DNA of 64,000 nucleotides from Beijerinckiaceae bacterium. GTDB taxonomy: Bacteria > Pseudomonadota > Alphaproteobacteria > Rhizobiales > Beijerinckiaceae. Shown here in pieces: positions 60,782-64,000 of the stretch (within the stretch, counting starts at the first letter, position 1; every line of letters starts with the position of its first letter). Made by a program: the position numbers and the translations under genes. The notes under the pieces were generated by a model. It was not told the DNA's origin. It worked only from the letters and a program-made list of their open reading frames with translations, and searched no databases. The stretch spans positions 55,884 to 119,883 of the forward strand of contig CANGFT010000002.1 in NCBI GenBank assembly GCA_947453205.1, in the 5' to 3' direction.

Positions 60782-61345
60782 TTACTTCTTGGGACGCTTG
60801 ATCTTCGCGAGTGGGTGATCGGGCGGATAGGTGGGGGTCTCAGGCTTGGTGGAGCCCACCATCACGCACATCAGCGCCTCCTCGCGGCCCTCGTTCACCA
60901 GCCCGCGGTAGACGCCGGCCGGCACCGAGATCAGGTCGCGCTCTTTCAGGACGGTCTCGACGAGTTCGCCCTTATGTTCGACCATGATGCGCACGCGCTC
61001 GCCGCGCAGGATGAAGAAGACCTCCTCCGCATCGGTGTGCAGATGCAGCGGGCCTTCGCAGCCCGCCGGAAGCACCATGGTGGAGAAGGTGAAATGCTCC
61101 GCCGGAACGGCGTTTGGATCCGCCGCGACGCCGGTGGCGCCGGTGCCCACATAGCGCATCTGGGCGCGCTTGTATTTTGGATCGTAGTCAGCCTGGAACT
61201 TCAGCGCATCCCAGTCGAGCGTGCGCGTCTCATAGCGCGCGACCCGCGACTCCACCCATTGGGCCAGCGTCTTGCCGTCGGGAATCCTGACGTCGTCGGG
61301 AAAGGTCTCCTTCAGATCCGCCTGCAGATCCGCCTGCTCACTCAT
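60782..61345 (-). CDS. Cupin domain protein
   Basis: YKRAQMRYVGTG, GPLHLH.DAEEVFF and SVPAGVYRG. Confidence 0.85.
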   Translation of the reverse strand: MSEQADLQADLKETFPDDVRIPDGKTLAQWVESRVARYETRTLDWDALKFQADYDPKYKRAQMRYVGTGATGVAADPNAVPAEHFTFSTMVLPAGCEGPLHLHTDAEEVFFILRGERVRIMVEHKGELVETVLKERDLISVPAGVYRGLVNEGREEALMCVMVGSTKPETPTYPPDHPLAKIKRPKK

Positions 61346-61453
61346 GGCTCACCTCCGTGCTGCCGCGCCGCTCCTCGCGAGATCCGGGATCTTGTCGCCC
61401 CAGGACCGAAATCGAACTTTACAGACGATAAACGACAACGTAGGCTGTTGCAA

Positions 61454-61482
61454 ATATGAACTACCGTTTCATATGTGAAACG
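61454..61482. promoter_or_regulatory. Two overlapping palindromes between divergent operons (candidate operator)
   Basis: ATATGAA-N7-TTCATAT (61454-61474) and CGTTTCA-TATG-TGAAACG (61465-61482). Confidence 0.55.
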
Positions 61483-61521
61483 CAAAGTTCCGGTCCCAAG
61501 GGGCTGGCGGAGGCTCAGTCG

Positions 61522-61746
61522 ATGACGAAAGAGACCCAATATCTCGTCGTTCACCAGACACGCGAACATGAACCGACGGATTACGAAAACCTCCTTGGCG
61601 ATGGGCTTGAGCAGGCTTTCGCGCGCGGCTTGCAGGAGCCGGCGGAGATCGTCGCGGCGCTGAATGCGGCCTGTGTTCCCTCGCCGGGCGGCAAGCCCTG
61701 GACTGAGGATTTGTTCTTCTCCGAATTGAAGCGCCTTGGCGCCTGA
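61522..61746 (+). CDS. Small recombinase-like helix-turn-helix protein
   Basis: YLVVHQTR..EPTDYENLLGDGLEQAF...WTEDLF.SELKRLG. Confidence 0.7.
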   Translation: MTKETQYLVVHQTREHEPTDYENLLGDGLEQAFARGLQEPAEIVAALNAACVPSPGGKPWTEDLFFSELKRLGA

Positions 61747-61759
61747 GCGGGAGTTGGCC

Positions 61760-62797
61760 ATGACCGAGATCTCGAAAGACGCGATCGAAACCCTGCTCCA
61801 GAACGGCCTGCGCAACGTCTGGTACATGCTCTGCCCCTCCCATTTCGTCGCGGAGAAGCCGGTGTCCTTGCGCCGGTGCGGCTACAAGATGGTTTTGTGG
61901 CGCGATCTTGCGGGCGTCGTCCATGCCCTCGAAGATCATTGCCCCCATCGCGGCGCGCCCCTGTCCCTGGGCATCCTGATGGATGACCGGATCGCCTGCG
62001 GCTATCATGGCGTGCAGGTGGACGCGAACGGCGTCGCGGTGTCGGTCCCCGGGAGCCCCGGCTGCGCGCTGGAAGGGCGCAAGGCCACGAGGGCTTTTCC
62101 GACGAAGGAGATCGCCGGCGCGATCTTCGCCTATATTGGCGATCGGCTGCATCCCGAGCCGCCTGAACTCGACCTGCCGGAGGAACTGACGAGCCCTGAG
62201 TTCAGCCGCTTCCTCTGCTATGCCGAATGGAATGGCGACTATCGCTACGTCATCGACAATGTGATGGACCCGATGCATGGAACCTTCCTGCACAAGCAGT
62301 CCCATTCCATGTCATTCGGCGACACCATCGCGGAATTTCAGGTGCGCGACACGCCCATCGGCTTCGTCTTTGAAAAAGTCGGACAGCGGAACGTCAACTT
62401 CGACTGGACGGAATATGCCGAGACCGGCGTCGCCTGGCTTCGCCTTGAGATTCCCTATCCCAAGACCGGCGGCCCCGGCGGCAATTTCCACATCGTGGGC
62501 ATGTGCACGCCCATCTCGCCGAACAAGACCGCCATCGCCTTCTGGCGTTGCCGCAAAGTTTCGGGCTGGCGCCGCGACGCCTGGCGCTTCCTCTACAAAA
62601 ACCGGCTCGAAGCGCGCCACTGGCATGTGCTCGAACAGGACCGCGTGCTGATCGAGCGGTTCGAGCCCGACGCCAACCAGCGCGAGATGCTCTACCAGCA
62701 CGACATCGGCCTCGTGCGGATGCGCAAGATCATGCGCGCCAAGGCCGAGGCGCAACTGCAGGCGCTCGCCCGGGCGGGATCGGGACGCGCCGCCTGA
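61760..62797 (+). CDS. Rieske aromatic ring-hydroxylating oxygenase alpha subunit
   Basis: CPHRGAPL...CGYHG and DNVMDPMHGTFLH. Confidence 0.9.
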   Translation: MTEISKDAIETLLQNGLRNVWYMLCPSHFVAEKPVSLRRCGYKMVLWRDLAGVVHALEDHCPHRGAPLSLGILMDDRIACGYHGVQVDANGVAVSVPGSPGCALEGRKATRAFPTKEIAGAIFAYIGDRLHPEPPELDLPEELTSPEFSRFLCYAEWNGDYRYVIDNVMDPMHGTFLHKQSHSMSFGDTIAEFQVRDTPIGFVFEKVGQRNVNFDWTEYAETGVAWLRLEIPYPKTGGPGGNFHIVGMCTPISPNKTAIAFWRCRKVSGWRRDAWRFLYKNRLEARHWHVLEQDRVLIERFEPDANQREMLYQHDIGLVRMRKIMRAKAEAQLQALARAGSGRAA

Positions 62798-62820
62798 TCG
62801 GCTTGCGCCGGAGCTGCGAC

Positions 62821-63600
62821 ATGACGAAACGAAGGCTTGAGTTCCGCGGGGTCACAAAACGCTTCGCCTCACGAAAGGGCGATGCGGTGACGGCCGTCAC
62901 CGCTCTCGATTTTCATATCGAAGATGGCGAAGTGGTCTCCATCATCGGTCCGTCCGGCTGCGGCAAGAGCACGCTGTTGAACATGGGCTCGGGCCTCGAC
63001 CCCGCCAGCGAAGGCGAGGTCTTCGTGGACGGCGAACTCGTCACAAAGCCCAACGCCCATGTCGCCTTCATGCTGCAGAAGGATCTCCTGCTGCCCTGGC
63101 GCACGATCCGCGAAAATGTCGAGTTCGGCCTCGAAGTCCTGCACCGGCCTGCGCGGGAACGAGGCGAGACCGCGCTCGAACTCCTGCGCAAATGCCGCTT
63201 GAGCGATTTCGTCGACCATTATCCGCATCAGCTTTCCGGCGGCATGCGCCAGAGGGCGGCGCTGGCGCGGACGCTCGCCGTGGATCCCGCCGTGCTCCTG
63301 ATGGACGAGCCTTTCTCGGCCCTCGACGCGCAGACCAAGATGGTGCTCCAGCAGGACCTTGGCCGCACGCTGGCCGAAACCGGCAAGACCGCGCTCTTCG
63401 TCACCCACGACCTCGTGGAGGCGATCGCGCTGTCGCATCGCGTGCTCGTCATGAGCCAGCGGCCGGGGCGGATCATCCGCGAACTCATCATCGACATTCC
63501 GGACATGGGCAATCCGATGGCCCGGCGCAAACACCAGAAAGTCGGCGGCTATGTCGCCGAACTGATGGAACTTCTGCACATTGAGGAAGCCGTCGCCTGA
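62821..63600 (+). CDS. NitT/TauT family ABC ATP-binding protein
   Basis: GPSGCGKST, LLPWRT, LSGGMRQR, DEPFSALD and FVTHDL.EA. Confidence 0.92.
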   Translation: MTKRRLEFRGVTKRFASRKGDAVTAVTALDFHIEDGEVVSIIGPSGCGKSTLLNMGSGLDPASEGEVFVDGELVTKPNAHVAFMLQKDLLLPWRTIRENVEFGLEVLHRPARERGETALELLRKCRLSDFVDHYPHQLSGGMRQRAALARTLAVDPAVLLMDEPFSALDAQTKMVLQQDLGRTLAETGKTALFVTHDLVEAIALSHRVLVMSQRPGRIIRELIIDIPDMGNPMARRKHQKVGGYVAELMELLHIEEAVA

Positions 63601-63626
63601 AGGCGCGGCATTGGAGGGGGTCTGAT

Positions 63627-64000
63627 ATGAAGCTCGTTCGCACTCGCCTGCTGCCCGCGCTTGCGGCCATTGGTCTATCGCTTGCGTCCCTCGCGGCGCC
63701 CGCCAGCGCCCAGGATGTGACCTATCTCCTGCCCGCGCCCGGCTCCCTGCCGGCCTTCGCGCCCTGGATGGTCGCCCAGCAGCGCGGCTACTTCAAAAGC
63801 GAAGGCCTCAACGTCACCTTTCAGGTGGCGCGCGGCGGGGTCGACGTCGCCAAGCAGGTCGGCGCCGGCAACGCAGTGATCGGCGGCGCCATCGGCGACA
63901 CGCCGATCCTCGTGCGCGCCAATGGCGTCCCCGTGAAATCCGTCGCGGTGCTGGGCGGGCGCTCCCTGACCCAGCTCGTCCTCAACAAGGACAAGGGCGT
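63627..64000 (+). CDS. NitT/TauT (NMT1/THI5-like) ABC substrate-binding protein, truncated by window end
   Basis: Own translation: MKLVRTRLLPALAAIG...APWMVAQQRGYFKSEGLNVTF..ARGGVDVAKQVGAGN. Confidence 0.8.
   Translation, partial: MKLVRTRLLPALAAIGLSLASLAAPASAQDVTYLLPAPGSLPAFAPWMVAQQRGYFKSEGLNVTFQVARGGVDVAKQVGAGNAVIGGAIGDTPILVRANGVPVKSVAVLGGRSLTQLVLNKDKG

Larger units (their letters stand above)
53676..64000. mobile_element. Probable tRNA-Ser-anchored genomic island (degenerate; right end outside window)
   Basis: Integrase remnant next to the tRNA 3' end; visibly more A/T-ending codons from about 54.7 to 57.5 kb. Confidence 0.5.

Overview
High-GC alphaproteobacterial (Hyphomicrobiales-like; inferred from Omp25/RopB, matB and the infC N-terminus) chromosomal window. 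Isolated housekeeping genes (fumA-type fumarase, pheS without pheT, tal, AUU-initiated infC, DEAD-box helicase, lepA, msrA, mntH, tRNA-Ser-GGA) are interleaved with many accessory catabolic modules: three Rieske oxygenases, three LLM monooxygenases, five Bug/TctC receptors without TctAB, an AprAB-like flavoprotein/ferredoxin pair, MmgE/PrpD, FAH, VOC, a sulfatase and two TPP enzymes. It also holds a complete betaproteobacterial-style mlaFEDACB operon, a solitary C5-methyltransferase/vsr pair, an orphan HicB and a low-GC two-gene islet. At about 53.5 kb a tRNA-Ser gene is preceded by a 58-nt tRNA-derived mini-element with an intact acceptor stem. It is followed by a decayed P4-like integrase fused to an IS630 remnant and by a probable island carrying an uncharacterised NadX-like/TPP/SDR/cupin/HTH/Rieske/ABC cluster. 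No CRISPR or rRNA was seen. All calls come from motif recognition by eye; no database searches were run.
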